Source of the DNA: Methanobacteriota archaeon
Lineage (GTDB): Archaea; Halobacteriota; Bog-38; Methanoflorentales; Methanoflorentaceae
Direction: 5' to 3'
Assembly (NCBI GenBank): GCA_963720465.1
Contig: OY970393.1
Location: 256,001-320,000 of the forward strand
DNA: 64,000 nt
Made by a program: the position numbers and the translations under genes. Below the pieces are notes generated by a model. It was not told the origin of the DNA and searched no databases. It saw only the letters and a list, made by a program, of their open reading frames with translations. Positions 21,096 to 31,778 of this stretch are shown piece by piece. Position 1 is the first letter of the stretch, and each line of letters begins with the position of its first letter.

Positions 21096-21680
21096 TCATA
21101 GAGCGCGTTTTCGCTCAGCGATCAAGCGTAGGAGACGTTCGTGCGAACGCGCACGGACGGTTTCGTAGATGCTGTCGCCTCGAGAGTCTGTCGCTACCAA
21201 AAGAGGCCCAAAGTTGAGCACTTTGAGTTTCCACACAGCTTCCGTGGCGCCTAGCTCCTCGTAGTACACATCTAAGACCTCCACGATTTTTTCGCGCGCC
21301 AGCATCCCGCAGCCTCCCGTGAACGCGAGATACATGCAGCGACCAGCAAACGAACGGGCAACTTCTTGAGACACGCCTCCTTTGCCGATTATCGCCGTCA
21401 CGCCATGCTTCACAATGGAGGGCGTCTGCGCGTTCATTCGCGCACTGGTCGTCGGTCCTGCCGAAACAACACGATACGTGTCCCCCTCTTTCACGATGAG
21501 CGGCCCGCTATGGTAAATGCAGGCGTCCTGCAAACTGAACGGGAGGTGCGGGTCGGCAAGCATCCTATCGTGTGCTTTGTCTCTAGCTGTATAGAGAACC
21601 CCGCTGATAAAAACGACGTCGCCAATCTTGAATGGGGCTATATCTGCTGGCGATATCGGGGTGTGCAGCACGGTTGACAT
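21096..21680 (-). CDS. Fe-S fumarate/tartrate hydratase beta subunit
   Basis: TARDKAH, GPTTSARM, IGKGG, FGPLLVATDS. Confidence 0.92.
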   Translation of the reverse strand: MSTVLHTPISPADIAPFKIGDVVFISGVLYTARDKAHDRMLADPHLPFSLQDACIYHSGPLIVKEGDTYRVVSAGPTTSARMNAQTPSIVKHGVTAIIGKGGVSQEVARSFAGRCMYLAFTGGCGMLAREKIVEVLDVYYEELGATEAVWKLKVLNFGPLLVATDSRGDSIYETVRARSHERLLRLIAERKRAL

Positions 21681-21712
21681 AGCGTTTGATCGATCCAAGC
21701 TACGACTCCTCG

Positions 21713-22525
21713 TTATAACTTGATGCTGAACCTAGCCTTTCGATCGGCCCAGCACTGGATTGCCACTGCTACAGGAAGCATGGCGGTGTGACACGGGGCC
21801 TCTTCGACGAAAACGCGCAACGCAGTTGTGTCGCCGCCAAGGCCCATCGGTCCGATGCCTAGTTCGTTGATCTGTTCTAAGATCTCTGCTTCAAAGGGGC
21901 TCTGCTCTTCTTCTAAAGATCTCAACAGCGTTCTTTTCGCCAGACGCGCGCAGCCGTCAAACGTGCTTCCGATGCCTAGCCCCACAATAATAGGTGGACA
22001 CGGCTTGCCGCCGCTTTCCCGTATCGTGTTGAGGACGAACGGCATAATGTCTTGAAGCGGCTCCAGCATAGCCAAAGCGCTTACGTTTCCTGAACCCGCG
22101 CCGTTGACTAGCACGGCAACCGATAGCCTGTTCCCTTCGCTGACGTCACAAATCATATCGAAGAGCGGTTCATCGCAGCTCATTCTTGTGAGCGGGTAAA
22201 CCGCGTGTTTTCTGAGAGGCACTGCGTCAGTCGCACGCTGTACAGCAGTTGCGAGTGCCTCTATCAGGCCGAAATCGATGTTTGCTTCTCGTCCGATCTC
22301 TACAAAGAAGATAGGAACGCCCGTGTCCTGGCACATCGGAAGGCCAGCAGCACCCGCTAGCCTGACGTTTTCAAGAATTGCGCATATCTGTTCTTTGGCC
22401 CGATCGTCCGACTCGGCCTTTGTTGCTTTGGCGAGTGCCCGCGTAACATCGCGCGGCAGACGTGTCTCAGCTTCTTGCAGCGCCTGTGCCGCGTGACGTA
22501 TAAATGCTTCTCTATGAGACGGCAT
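21713..22525 (-). CDS. Fe-S fumarate/tartrate hydratase alpha subunit
   Basis: PMCQDTG, PCPP, GIGPMGLGG, QCWADR. Confidence 0.92.
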   Translation of the reverse strand: MPSHREAFIRHAAQALQEAETRLPRDVTRALAKATKAESDDRAKEQICAILENVRLAGAAGLPMCQDTGVPIFFVEIGREANIDFGLIEALATAVQRATDAVPLRKHAVYPLTRMSCDEPLFDMICDVSEGNRLSVAVLVNGAGSGNVSALAMLEPLQDIMPFVLNTIRESGGKPCPPIIVGLGIGSTFDGCARLAKRTLLRSLEEEQSPFEAEILEQINELGIGPMGLGGDTTALRVFVEEAPCHTAMLPVAVAIQCWADRKARFSIKL

Positions 22526-22528
22526 TAG

Positions 22529-23065
22529 TCACTCAAGATAATCCATTTGGGAACGCTTCAGTTCCTGCCGTTTTCTTTCAAGGAAACTGTAGACCGCAGC
22601 GTGTTTGGCCCCTTCTGCGAGCATTTCGATTGCTGTTCTTACCGTCTGAATCTGATCGATGTACCCGATCGTGCTCACAGTCTTTCCGTAAATAGACACG
22701 TTCGCGCCCGTGAGACTCTCAAGAGCCTCCCGCGACTTTCCCTCTTTTCCAATTATGCGTCCCATAATCCGTTTGAGCTCCTTCGGCGTATCGGCGACCT
22801 TTGATAGGTCGATAATGTCGAGGGTAATCTGTTCATCCTCGAAAATCCGGAAGGCTTTTTCTGGGCTAAAACCGCGAGCAAGCGCATTAATGACTTCTGT
22901 TGCCTTCAGAATGCCGAGTGAATCGCTCTCGATGGTGACCGTCCCCTCGGCGCTATCGATGTCAAGTTTTACAGTGCTTTTTTCCTCAATCTGCGCTTTC
23001 GTGCTGCCACCAACGCCAATGATGACCCCTATGCGGTCTTTGGGAACCTTTAGATACTCCCTCAT
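22529..23065 (-). CDS. KH-domain ribosome biogenesis factor (Dim2/Pno1)
   Basis: RIGVIIG, ARGFSPEKA, GRIIGKEG. Confidence 0.93.
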   Translation of the reverse strand: MREYLKVPKDRIGVIIGVGGSTKAQIEEKSTVKLDIDSAEGTVTIESDSLGILKATEVINALARGFSPEKAFRIFEDEQITLDIIDLSKVADTPKELKRIMGRIIGKEGKSREALESLTGANVSIYGKTVSTIGYIDQIQTVRTAIEMLAEGAKHAAVYSFLERKRQELKRSQMDYLE

Positions 23066-23850
23066 TTAGTGATCTCTCCCAAAACTGTGATGGCTGAAGC
23101 CCGAACTCCGGCTTCATTGAAGAACTTCACCACGTTGCTGACGTCGCGCTGCAGAAACTCCTGTGCGCGAGGGTGCTGCACAAGCACGGACTGGCCCATA
23201 TCGATGAATACCGGCTCGGCTTGATCGTCGATTAGTATGTTGTATTCACTGAGGTCGGCGTGGACCAAGTGTGCATCTTGATAAAGTCTCTTCATGAATT
23301 CGATTGTCGCGTCGTATACTTCTTTGACGTTTTCTAAGCTCTCTACCGCCTGCTTCAAAGGCGGACAAGCGACGCCGTTTCGGCCTATAAACTGCATGAC
23401 GAGGACATTCTCCCTATATTTGAGCGGCTCGGGGACGCGGACGCGTGCTTTACGCGCTCGCGTTAAGTTCCTGAATTCTTTTTTTGTCCACGCGAATACC
23501 ACGTCCTTTTTGGTTCTCCTGACGTTCGCGAACCTGTAATCGCCCAGTATGTAGTCGTGCATAGCCTTAAAGTCGCTCGTTCTTATTCGGTAGATCTTGA
23601 TCGCAAGTTCACGTCCGCTCGGTCCTATTGCATAGAAAACGTTCGCTTCTTTTCCCGTCGAAATGGGGCCACCAAGCGCTTGTATAAGCCCGGTGCTTGC
23701 GAGGCGATATAGGGCCTTTAGGGTTAGCTCGTCGAATACTTCATCTCGAACCTTGAAATCGTCTGCTTCTTTATCGCGTGCCCGTAGCTCGTCAACGTCT
23801 CTCTCTATGCGCTTTATCTTATCGTCAATCAAATCAGGCACGTCGGTCAT
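23062..23850 (-). CDS. rio1: RIO1 kinase
   Basis: ISTGKEANVF, AIKIYR, WTKKEFRNL, HADLSEYN, IDMGQSV. Confidence 0.93.
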   Translation of the reverse strand: MTDVPDLIDDKIKRIERDVDELRARDKEADDFKVRDEVFDELTLKALYRLASTGLIQALGGPISTGKEANVFYAIGPSGRELAIKIYRIRTSDFKAMHDYILGDYRFANVRRTKKDVVFAWTKKEFRNLTRARKARVRVPEPLKYRENVLVMQFIGRNGVACPPLKQAVESLENVKEVYDATIEFMKRLYQDAHLVHADLSEYNILIDDQAEPVFIDMGQSVLVQHPRAQEFLQRDVSNVVKFFNEAGVRASAITVLGEITK

Positions 23851-23891
23851 GCTTGTTTGGAGGGCTGAGAGGAGCCGCTGTTTCGCGGCAA

Positions 23892-24174
23892 CTACAAGTA
23901 CCCGCTCTTCTTGAGCCACTCAACTTGCGTTCCTTGATATCGCCAGACGATGTCCGCTTTATCGTCTTGAAAATTCCACGGCACCATAACTATGACATCG
24001 CCGACACGTAACCAGACGCGTTTTTTCATCTTGCCGCGAATTCTCCCCATGCGAGTTTTGCCGTCCATAGACCGGATTCTCACCCTGTTCGCGCCGAGCA
24101 TGCTTTCTACGATCCCGAGGATCTCCCCCCCCCTTCTGTGGCAGTCTCACCTTAGTCTGCGGTTCTTGACTCAG
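23892..24174 (-). CDS. eif1a: Translation initiation factor aIF-1A; frameshift at the G9 run 24125-24133; probable CTG start
   Basis: MLGANR...[14 protein letters not shown]...GD...PW; upstream frame gives (M)[13 protein letters not shown]; removing one G joins them as [14 protein letters not shown]. Confidence 0.9.
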
Positions 24175-24223
24175 AGAAACACCTCGTTCGTAATATGACT
24201 CTTCCTTTTTCCGTCGAAATAAT

Positions 24224-25186
24224 TTAGTCGCTGTGTATCGCGCTACGAATAGGTCCTATGATTGCTTCGATATACGTTGCTGCACCGTTTTTGAGATCCA
24301 GCGGGTGAAGCTTGCCGGCGGCGTAATCCAGCTCGAGCGCTGAGAAGTCCTCGTAACAAATCGGGCCGCCGAACTTTTGGGGTCGCTCGAGCTCGACGTG
24401 CTTGAATTGAGGAAAGACGTAATACCGGTACAACTGGAGGATAGGGTTTTCCTCTGGCGTTCGCGGCGGGCAGTAAGCCGATTGAATCTTCTTCTTTATG
24501 GACTCAGGCGAGTCCTCGACGGCAACAAGGTTGTTCCTTGACGAGGACATTTTGTTCGCGTCGAGGCCGAGCAGGATTGGCGTGTGGACGCAGACAGGGG
24601 ATCTAAATCCCATTGAATGAAGCTCTTCTCGCGCCAACATGTGAATCTTGCGCTGATCGATCCCGCCGACGGCGATGTCGATGTTTAAGTATCCTATGTC
24701 TGCTGTTTGCATAAGCGGATAGATCATTTGAGATACGACCGGGTCCTCGGCGTTTCGTGACACCTCGTCCATGCTTCGCCGAGCGCGGTTCAGCGTTGTG
24801 TGCCTCGCTAGTTTCAGAATCAGCTTGGTGTATTCCGGTTCAAGCTGATAATCGCTCCCGCGCACAAATCTCGTGCCTTCAGCAAGGCCTAAAGCGGAAA
24901 AACACTTCTGGTAGTGGTCCGCCCAGTCGCGGATTTGATCCATCGTGCCCTTTTCGTTCAGGTATGCGTGCAAGTCCGCGAGCAGCACAATGACGTCGAC
25001 GCCGACTGACTGAAGATCAATGAGCTTATACGCCGTTAGAAGATGTCCAAGATGGAGTTCTCCGCTAGGTTCGTAGCCGGCATAGGCAGTAATGTTTGTC
25101 TCATTGTCGAGAAGGGCAGCCAGCTCATCTTCGGTTACGGCCTCTTCAACGTTGCTCATGACTTGTTCGAACTTCACATTGATCAC
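24224..25186 (-). CDS. tyrS: Tyrosine--tRNA ligase
   Basis: YAGYEPSGELHLGH, YPLMQ..D, GGIDQRKIH, KMSSS. Confidence 0.96.
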   Translation of the reverse strand: MINVKFEQVMSNVEEAVTEDELAALLDNETNITAYAGYEPSGELHLGHLLTAYKLIDLQSVGVDVIVLLADLHAYLNEKGTMDQIRDWADHYQKCFSALGLAEGTRFVRGSDYQLEPEYTKLILKLARHTTLNRARRSMDEVSRNAEDPVVSQMIYPLMQTADIGYLNIDIAVGGIDQRKIHMLAREELHSMGFRSPVCVHTPILLGLDANKMSSSRNNLVAVEDSPESIKKKIQSAYCPPRTPEENPILQLYRYYVFPQFKHVELERPQKFGGPICYEDFSALELDYAAGKLHPLDLKNGAATYIEAIIGPIRSAIHSD

Positions 25187-25475
25187 GTTGGTCGAATTAA
25201 ATACGCGTTTAAGGACGCTATGGAAATAGACGTGGTCTTGCTTGTAATACGCCTAATGGCGGACCTCATATTTATTTAGCTCGGTGCCATTTGTTCTGTG
25301 CGCCCCAAAAGCCAATTGCCGCGCGTGACGAGCGATAGCTCGACTCGGTCAGTTCATGCTGGTGCAATCTTCCTGGAAAAAAGTTTATTACGCGGCGTTG
25401 GTAGAATTGGACGAGACGCTACTACCTCACGCGACTAATGAGTGAACTGCCCTTGCAATCTCAGAATCTAAGAGA

Positions 25476-25550
25476 TGGGCCTGACCGGATTTGAACCGGT
25501 GACCGCCCGGTTATGAGCCGGGCGCTCTGACCTGGCTAAGCTACAGGCCC
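25476..25550 (-). tRNA. tRNA-Ile2(CAT) (probable, rather than Met)
   Basis: CCCGG-CTCATAA-CCGGG with GGGCC acceptor stem typical of archaeal Ile tRNAs. Confidence 0.85.
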
Positions 25551-25555
25551 GCTGA

Positions 25556-25628
25556 CGCCGCCAACAGGGCTCGAACCTGTGACATCGTGGTTAACAGCCA
25601 CGCACTCTACCAACTGAGTTATGGCGGC
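25556..25628 (-). tRNA. tRNA-Asn(GTT)
   Basis: CGTGG-CTGTTAA-CCACG; discriminator G. Confidence 0.95.
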
Positions 25629-25723
25629 TTGACACATCTCTCTAGTGTGTTTTTTTACTTAAACTTTAAGGTCGTAGAACCGTTCGCGCGACGAGTGATG
25701 CTCATTGTGGGCGCCTTTGAGCT

Positions 25724-26026
25724 TCAATCGCGTTTAATCTTGTAGTTGGCTTTGACTTCACTTAGCTTCTTGAGAAACTGGTCCAGAAGGTGTTCGTAGT
25801 TCTGAACAAATTCTGAAATCTTCGCGCTCGTAATTGCGCCGTACGGTGATGGCTTGATCAAGCCCTCCTGCTCTAATATGCGGAGCGAGTAACGGACTTT
25901 GTACTTGGAATGTCCAGTCACTTCTGACAATTTCGAAATCCCAACAGGCTCAGCGACAACGACTGCGTTTAAAACTTCTAAGTGCCTTTCAAGCATCTCT
26001 ATCTCGTTTTCCAGTCGATCCAACAT
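25724..26026 (-). CDS. Winged-helix protein (COG3388-like)
   Basis: LERHL.VL....EPVGI.KLS.......KVRYSLRILE.EGLI.PS..GA. Confidence 0.85.
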   Translation of the reverse strand: MLDRLENEIEMLERHLEVLNAVVVAEPVGISKLSEVTGHSKYKVRYSLRILEQEGLIKPSPYGAITSAKISEFVQNYEHLLDQFLKKLSEVKANYKIKRD

Positions 26027-26071
26027 CTCTACCACACGTTTAAATAAATTGATTCTAATCATTCATATATT

Positions 26072-27349
26072 ATGAACGTGAAGGTCTCGCAATCCATCAT
26101 TCGCGGCAAGCTCGACGCACCTCCATCAAAAAGCTACACCCATCGCGCTATAGTCATGGCCAGCTTAGCAAAGACTTCACGTATAATCAAGCCTCTGGTC
26201 TCTGCGGACACGTGCGCGACGGTAAGCGCGTGTGAGACGATCGGTGCGACGATAAATCCCGTCGGTGACGCGTTTTTTATCGACGGCGTGCAAGGAAAGC
26301 CGCAAAGGCCTGAGAATGTTATAGATTGCCAGAACTCCGGGACGACGTTGCGCTTTCTGATGGGCGTGTCCTCCTTAATTGACGGTACGACAGTTTTGAC
26401 CGGGGATGCGTCGCTGAGGACTCGACCGAGCTCTCAGCTTATTGACGCTCTCAATGAACTCGGCGCAAAGGTTCTTTCGACGAAGTCGAATGGCACCGCG
26501 CCTCTGATCGTCCAAGGCGTACTTTCAGGCGGAAAATCAACGCTCACGAATCCGATGAGCTCTCAGTTTTTATCATCGCTTCTGATAGCCTGTCCATTGT
26601 GTCAAACTGATAGTATGCTGACCGTCCACAACCTTACGTCGCGCCCTTACGTTGACATGACACTCGAACTGTTGAACAACGCACAAATCAACGTAAGCAC
26701 CGATTATCACGAATTTATGATCCCCTGCTGCCAGCAATATGCAGAAACAGATTTTCAGATTCCCGGCGACTTTTCATCGGCAGCCTTTCATTTGAGTGCC
26801 GCAGCAATAACTAATTCTCGCGTGAGCGTGCACAACCTCTCTGAATCGAAACAAGGTGATGAGAAAATTGTCCCCATTCTCAAAGAGATGGGGGCACATA
26901 TTTCTTGGGAGGGTGATGTCGTCACTGCAGATGGTGCCGAGCTCCAGGGCATCGCGATTGACGCAGGTGACGTGCCAGATCTTGTTCCTATACTTGCGGT
27001 TCTAGGCGCATACGCTCAAGGCACTACCGACATTTCAAACGTAGCACACCTGCGCTACAAAGAGACTGATCGACTCGTCGCTATAATAACGGAGCTGAGA
27101 AAGATGCAGGTGGATATCAAAAAGGTGGACGACACGTTGCGAATCGAGGGTGGAAAGCCGCAGGGAGCTAGTTTGAGCGGATACGGCGACCATCGCATCG
27201 TTATGGCGCTTGCGGTCGCAGCGCTGGGAGCCGACGGGGAGACCCAGATCGACACTGCAGAATCGGTGAAAGTGTCATACCCGGACTTCTTTGATGATAT
27301 CTTCGCCCTCGGAGCAAATCTCGAGCAGACGAGCATTGAGACTCTCTAA
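26072..27349 (+). CDS. aroA: EPSP synthase
   Basis: PSKSYTHR, NSGTTLR, SSQF, LRYKETDR, DHRIVM. Confidence 0.97.
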   Translation: MNVKVSQSIIRGKLDAPPSKSYTHRAIVMASLAKTSRIIKPLVSADTCATVSACETIGATINPVGDAFFIDGVQGKPQRPENVIDCQNSGTTLRFLMGVSSLIDGTTVLTGDASLRTRPSSQLIDALNELGAKVLSTKSNGTAPLIVQGVLSGGKSTLTNPMSSQFLSSLLIACPLCQTDSMLTVHNLTSRPYVDMTLELLNNAQINVSTDYHEFMIPCCQQYAETDFQIPGDFSSAAFHLSAAAITNSRVSVHNLSESKQGDEKIVPILKEMGAHISWEGDVVTADGAELQGIAIDAGDVPDLVPILAVLGAYAQGTTDISNVAHLRYKETDRLVAIITELRKMQVDIKKVDDTLRIEGGKPQGASLSGYGDHRIVMALAVAALGADGETQIDTAESVKVSYPDFFDDIFALGANLEQTSIETL

Positions 27350-27373
27350 AGCTCACTGCGGGGGACTTGCTTC

Positions 27374-28465
27374 ATGAACACTTGGGGACACATTTTTCGG
27401 GTAACGACGTGGGGTGAGAGCCACGGTCAAGCAGTGGGAGCGGTTATCGATGGGTGCCCGGCGGGATTGCGGATAACCCACGAGGACATTCAAAAAGAGC
27501 TCGATCGAAGACGTCCAGGTCAAAGCACTATAACGACACCACGTTCCGAAAAGGATACCGCGCACATACTCTCGGGCATCTACCAAGACAAGACGCTCGG
27601 CACCCCGATTTCAATCATCATCCGGAATGAAGACGTCGACTCGCGGGGCTACGATGAGTTGCGTCACGTGCCGCGGCCCGGCCACGCGGACTACACGTTC
27701 CACGTGAAATACGGGTGGCGAGATCACCGCGGCGGAGGGAGAGCATCAGCCCGAGAGACCGCCTCCCGCGTTGCTGCGGGGGCGGTGGCAAAGAAACTGC
27801 TCGAGCATCGCGAGATCCGCGTTCTCGGGCACGTTATCGATATCCACGGGATACAATCCAAGTTCGTCTTTGAGAGTCCCGAAGATCTGCTCCTCGCTGA
27901 GAAGAGCATCGTAAAATGCTGTGACGCGGCCGCATCGGACGAGATGGTCGCGTGCATCGAACGCATGAAAGAAGCTGGTGACAGCGTCGGTGGTATTGCC
28001 GAAATCGTTGCTTTCAATGTCCCTCCGGGTGTCGGCGAGCCGGTGTTCGGTAAACTCGATGCAGAATTGGGTAAGGCCCTTATGAGTATTGGCGCCGTGA
28101 AGGGCGTTGAAATTGGCGTAGGCTTCCTCGCAGCAAAACTAAAAGGGAGCGAAATGAATGATCAATTCACCACGATGGATGGCCGAATAGAACCGAAAAC
28201 GAACAGAGCTGGCGGAATTCTCGGCGGCATTTCGACAGGGGCGCCGATCATTAGCAGAATTGCGGTGAAGCCGACTCCTTCAATCGGCGTGCGACAAACC
28301 TCAGTCGATTTGGAAACGCTAGAGGAAGTCGATCTGTCGGTATCGGGCAGGCACGATCCGTGTATCCTGCCCAGAATAGTCCCGGTGGCAGAAGCAATGG
28401 TTGCTATCGTGCTTGCGGACTTAATGCTGGCGGGCGGCTTTATCCACCCGGCGCGTCTTTTGTGA
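27374..28465 (+). CDS. aroC: Chorismate synthase
   Basis: [27 protein letters not shown]. Confidence 0.97.
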   Translation: MNTWGHIFRVTTWGESHGQAVGAVIDGCPAGLRITHEDIQKELDRRRPGQSTITTPRSEKDTAHILSGIYQDKTLGTPISIIIRNEDVDSRGYDELRHVPRPGHADYTFHVKYGWRDHRGGGRASARETASRVAAGAVAKKLLEHREIRVLGHVIDIHGIQSKFVFESPEDLLLAEKSIVKCCDAAASDEMVACIERMKEAGDSVGGIAEIVAFNVPPGVGEPVFGKLDAELGKALMSIGAVKGVEIGVGFLAAKLKGSEMNDQFTTMDGRIEPKTNRAGGILGGISTGAPIISRIAVKPTPSIGVRQTSVDLETLEEVDLSVSGRHDPCILPRIVPVAEAMVAIVLADLMLAGGFIHPARLL

Positions 28466-28578
28466 TCATCATCGCTTGGCCCTAAGGTCTCTCCGCTGCG
28501 CCTTCATAACAAGGGCAGGAGCGCGTAGAAGAGTTCCTAACCGACTCTAAGTTTCTTGCGAACGATTTCCCACAACTA

Positions 28579-28599
28579 TTTATCGCGGCCTGCGATAAA
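28579..28599. promoter_or_regulatory. Perfect 8-bp inverted repeat upstream of cobQ
   Basis: TTTATCGC-GGCCT-GCGATAAA. Confidence 0.4.
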
Positions 28600-28672
28600 A
28601 AGTGCTTGAACTCGGCCGTTCGAGATCTTGAGAAACGAACTTGCAGGAAGCAGCGTTAGGTGTTGATCAAGC

Positions 28673-30178
28673 ATGGCACGATTTGTAATGATCTGTGGAA
28701 CGGCATCGCACGTCGGCAAAAGCGTTCTAGTTGCTGCGTTCTGCAGACTTTTGGTGGATAATGGTTACAAGGTTGCGCCGTTCAAGTCCCAAAACATGAG
28801 CTTAAACTCGTGGGTGACGGAGGACGGCGACGAAATCGGAATCGCGCAAGCCGTGCAAGCGTGGGCTGCGAGGATTCAACCGTCAGCAGACATGAATCCA
28901 GTTTTGTTGAAGCCTAAGGGGGACATGGTGTCGCAGGTGATCCTGCACGGAAAGCCCCTAGGTGATCGAAAAGTGGGCGAGTATTATGACTCAACAGAAG
29001 CTATTTTTTTGCATGTCTGCGAGTCATTAAAAGCGCTTGCTCGTTCATACGAGGTCATCGTAATGGAGGGCGCCGGCAGCCCAGCAGAAATCAACCTCTA
29101 CGAGCAGGACATCGCAAACCTACGCGTCGCACGCAGTGCCGATGCCCCTGTAGTCCTAGTCGGCGATATCGAGCGAGGCGGCGTTTTTGCCAGCCTTTAT
29201 GGAACGGTGCAATTGCTGGCAGAGGACGATCAGAAACGCATCAAAGGCTTCATCATCAATAAGTTCCGAGGCGATGAGAAGCTGCTTGAGCCAGGCCTAA
29301 CACAGCTCGAGGAGCTCACCGGGATCCCTGTTCTGGGCGTCATTCCATACGTGAACGTGCGATTGCCGTCTGAAGATTCCGTTTCGCTTGGTGACACGCT
29401 GCCGGCCGCATACAGCGTGCTCGACATCGCAGTGATCAGGCTTCCACATATCTCCAATTTCACCGATTTTGAACCGCTTGAAGCAGTTGCCCGAGTTAGA
29501 TATGTTTCGTTAGATGATGATCTCGATGAGCCCGACGCCATAATTATTCCTGGCACGAAGAACACGGTTGACGATTTGAGAGCAATGCGTCGCTCTGGCA
29601 TGGATAAGCGCATCGAGGCGCGTGCTGGAGTAATCCCCATCATCGGAATCTGCGGGGGATTTCAGATGCTTGGAGAGACAATAACTGACGAAGGCTATGA
29701 GGGAACGCAAAACCAGAGCAATGTCGTAGAAGGGTTGCGGCTGCTGCATGCGCGGACCGTTTTCAATTCTTCTGAAAAAAGAACGAAGCAGGTGGAAAAA
29801 CGCGTCACCGGAACGGGGCCGGTGCTCGACCACCTGAGAAACCAAACCGTGCGGGGGTACGAGATTCACATGGGCACCACAACATCTGCGCTTCCGATAT
29901 TTGGCGATGATGGAGGGCAGGATGCCACAGGCCTCGTATTAGGTACTTACTTGCACGGCTTGTTCCACAACGACAACTTTCGCTCTGCTTTGTTGGAGAA
30001 CCTGCACTCTAAACGTATGGAAAAGCCACACGGTGCACGCCGCGCTGCTCCCCAGCGGTCCACTGCATTAGAGGGCCAGCTGCCCTCCGATCAAGGTGTA
30101 GATCCCTTTGATGAGCTGGCGTGCGTCGTCCTCGAACACGTGGACATGGAAGCGCTATACTCGATTATCGGATTATGA
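28673..30178 (+). CDS. cobQ: Cobyric acid synthase
   Basis: GTASHVGKS, PFKSQNMSLN, EGAGSPAEINL, GICGGFQMLG, GTYLHG. Confidence 0.96.
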   Translation: MARFVMICGTASHVGKSVLVAAFCRLLVDNGYKVAPFKSQNMSLNSWVTEDGDEIGIAQAVQAWAARIQPSADMNPVLLKPKGDMVSQVILHGKPLGDRKVGEYYDSTEAIFLHVCESLKALARSYEVIVMEGAGSPAEINLYEQDIANLRVARSADAPVVLVGDIERGGVFASLYGTVQLLAEDDQKRIKGFIINKFRGDEKLLEPGLTQLEELTGIPVLGVIPYVNVRLPSEDSVSLGDTLPAAYSVLDIAVIRLPHISNFTDFEPLEAVARVRYVSLDDDLDEPDAIIIPGTKNTVDDLRAMRRSGMDKRIEARAGVIPIIGICGGFQMLGETITDEGYEGTQNQSNVVEGLRLLHARTVFNSSEKRTKQVEKRVTGTGPVLDHLRNQTVRGYEIHMGTTTSALPIFGDDGGQDATGLVLGTYLHGLFHNDNFRSALLENLHSKRMEKPHGARRAAPQRSTALEGQLPSDQGVDPFDELACVVLEHVDMEALYSIIGL

Positions 30179-30181
30179 TCA

Positions 30182-31144
30182 ATGTTTTCTTGGCTTCTCG
30201 TTCAGATCTCGATTCTTTTCGTTGCGTTGGCACTCGACGTGTTTCTCGGCGAACCTCCAGCCGTGGCGCATCCGGTTGTGTGGATGGGGAGGATCGTGAC
30301 AATCCTGGAACGAGGCTTGTACGGGGGGACTGATAATGCACAGCGCCTCAAGGGGGCCGCTCTCGCGATAGGCCTTACCGTAACCTTTACCGTACCGGTC
30401 GCGCTTTTCCAGTGGCTAGGCTACCAAATCGCAAGCGGAAACGTCGTGCTGCTGTTGGGCTACGTCGGGCTCAGTGCTTACTTACTCAAGATATCGTTCA
30501 CGATATTCACGCTGCAAAAAGAGGCCAGCAGGGTGACAGATCTCGCCTACACAGACATCGATGCGGCCCGGTCGCACCTACGCGCGCTCGTCAGCAGGGA
30601 AAGGTTGCATCTCGACCGCGAACGCGTGTTGTCGAGTGTGTGTGAGTCAGTCGGTGAGAACACTGTTGACAGTGTAGTTTCTCCCCTTCTGTTCTTTGCC
30701 GTTTTTGGAGTAGCAGGCGCGCTCTGTTATCGTGCCGTGAACACCCTTGATTCGATGCTTGGCTACAGAGATCACAGACTACATGCCGGCTTGTTTTCAG
30801 CCCGACTGGATGACATTTTCAACTACCTTCCCACCCGCTTGGCGATCGTTCCAATGTTGCTAGGATTTCGCATGGTTTCTGGCAAACCGGCCTGCGACGA
30901 GGCATGGAACGTTTTGAAAACGGACCGGCACAAAAAATCAGCCGTTAACTCAGGGATCCCTGTCGCCCTATTCGCAGGGGGATTGGGCGTGACGCTAATC
31001 AAGCCATCAAGTTATGAAATCGGCGACGGTCGAGATAACATAACGAAGGCCACTGTCAACCATGCCCTTAGCGTTATGCTGATTACGTCGATGTTTACCG
31101 TCTCACTCGCCGTCTTGTTTTTGTGCGGAAGAGCCTTGACGTGA
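30182..31144 (+). CDS. cbiB: Adenosylcobinamide-phosphate synthase CbiB/CobD
   Basis: GEPP..HPVVWMG, ESVGEN..D, YRAVNTLDSMLGY, ARLDD..NYLP.R. Confidence 0.93.
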   Translation: MFSWLLVQISILFVALALDVFLGEPPAVAHPVVWMGRIVTILERGLYGGTDNAQRLKGAALAIGLTVTFTVPVALFQWLGYQIASGNVVLLLGYVGLSAYLLKISFTIFTLQKEASRVTDLAYTDIDAARSHLRALVSRERLHLDRERVLSSVCESVGENTVDSVVSPLLFFAVFGVAGALCYRAVNTLDSMLGYRDHRLHAGLFSARLDDIFNYLPTRLAIVPMLLGFRMVSGKPACDEAWNVLKTDRHKKSAVNSGIPVALFAGGLGVTLIKPSSYEIGDGRDNITKATVNHALSVMLITSMFTVSLAVLFLCGRALT

Positions 31145-31217
31145 CCTGCGATTAGGGGCATACGTGGCTCAATAACGCAAACAAGTTAAACTAAGAGCGC
31201 ACAGTTGTGTCCTGGAC

Positions 31218-31712
31218 ATGCTTCAAGGAATAGAGACGCGAGCACTCACCAAACACGCAGATGAGCGAGGGTTTTTCACAGAATTAGTCAGGCAAGATTG
31301 GATCGCTGATGATTCCCTGCAGCAATGCAATTTTTCCATCACGTATCCAGACGTCGTTAGAGCATGGCACAAGCACATTAGGGGACAGACGGACTACTTC
31401 GTCGTTTTGCGCGGGGCGATTAAGCTATGTGCGTATGATGATGCGACCGCAGAACTTAATGAAATCATTCTCACGAGCGGCGTCTCGCAGTCAGCACGGA
31501 TTCCCGGACATTACTGGCACGGATTTAGGGTTCTTGGTGAACAGCGAGCATATTTAGTTTACTTCGTTAACAACCTCTACGAGTACGCTACGCCTGACGA
31601 GGAGCGACGTCCGTGGAATGATCCCACAATCTGCCCCTCTATTATAAATGGCGAGATGCAGGACGTCCGTTGCGGGAAACCGTGGGACTGGATGCAAACC
31701 AGCTACAAATAG
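31218..31712 (+). CDS. dTDP-4-dehydrorhamnose 3,5-epimerase family cupin
   Basis: DERGFFTE, VRAWHKH, IPGHYWHGF. Confidence 0.88.
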   Translation: MLQGIETRALTKHADERGFFTELVRQDWIADDSLQQCNFSITYPDVVRAWHKHIRGQTDYFVVLRGAIKLCAYDDATAELNEIILTSGVSQSARIPGHYWHGFRVLGEQRAYLVYFVNNLYEYATPDEERRPWNDPTICPSIINGEMQDVRCGKPWDWMQTSYK

Positions 31713-31778
31713 CGCAAAGAACGCAGTGGTGCTCTGGACGCGAAACAAGAAAGGTAAAAAAGAGGGTAGGAGGTTTGA

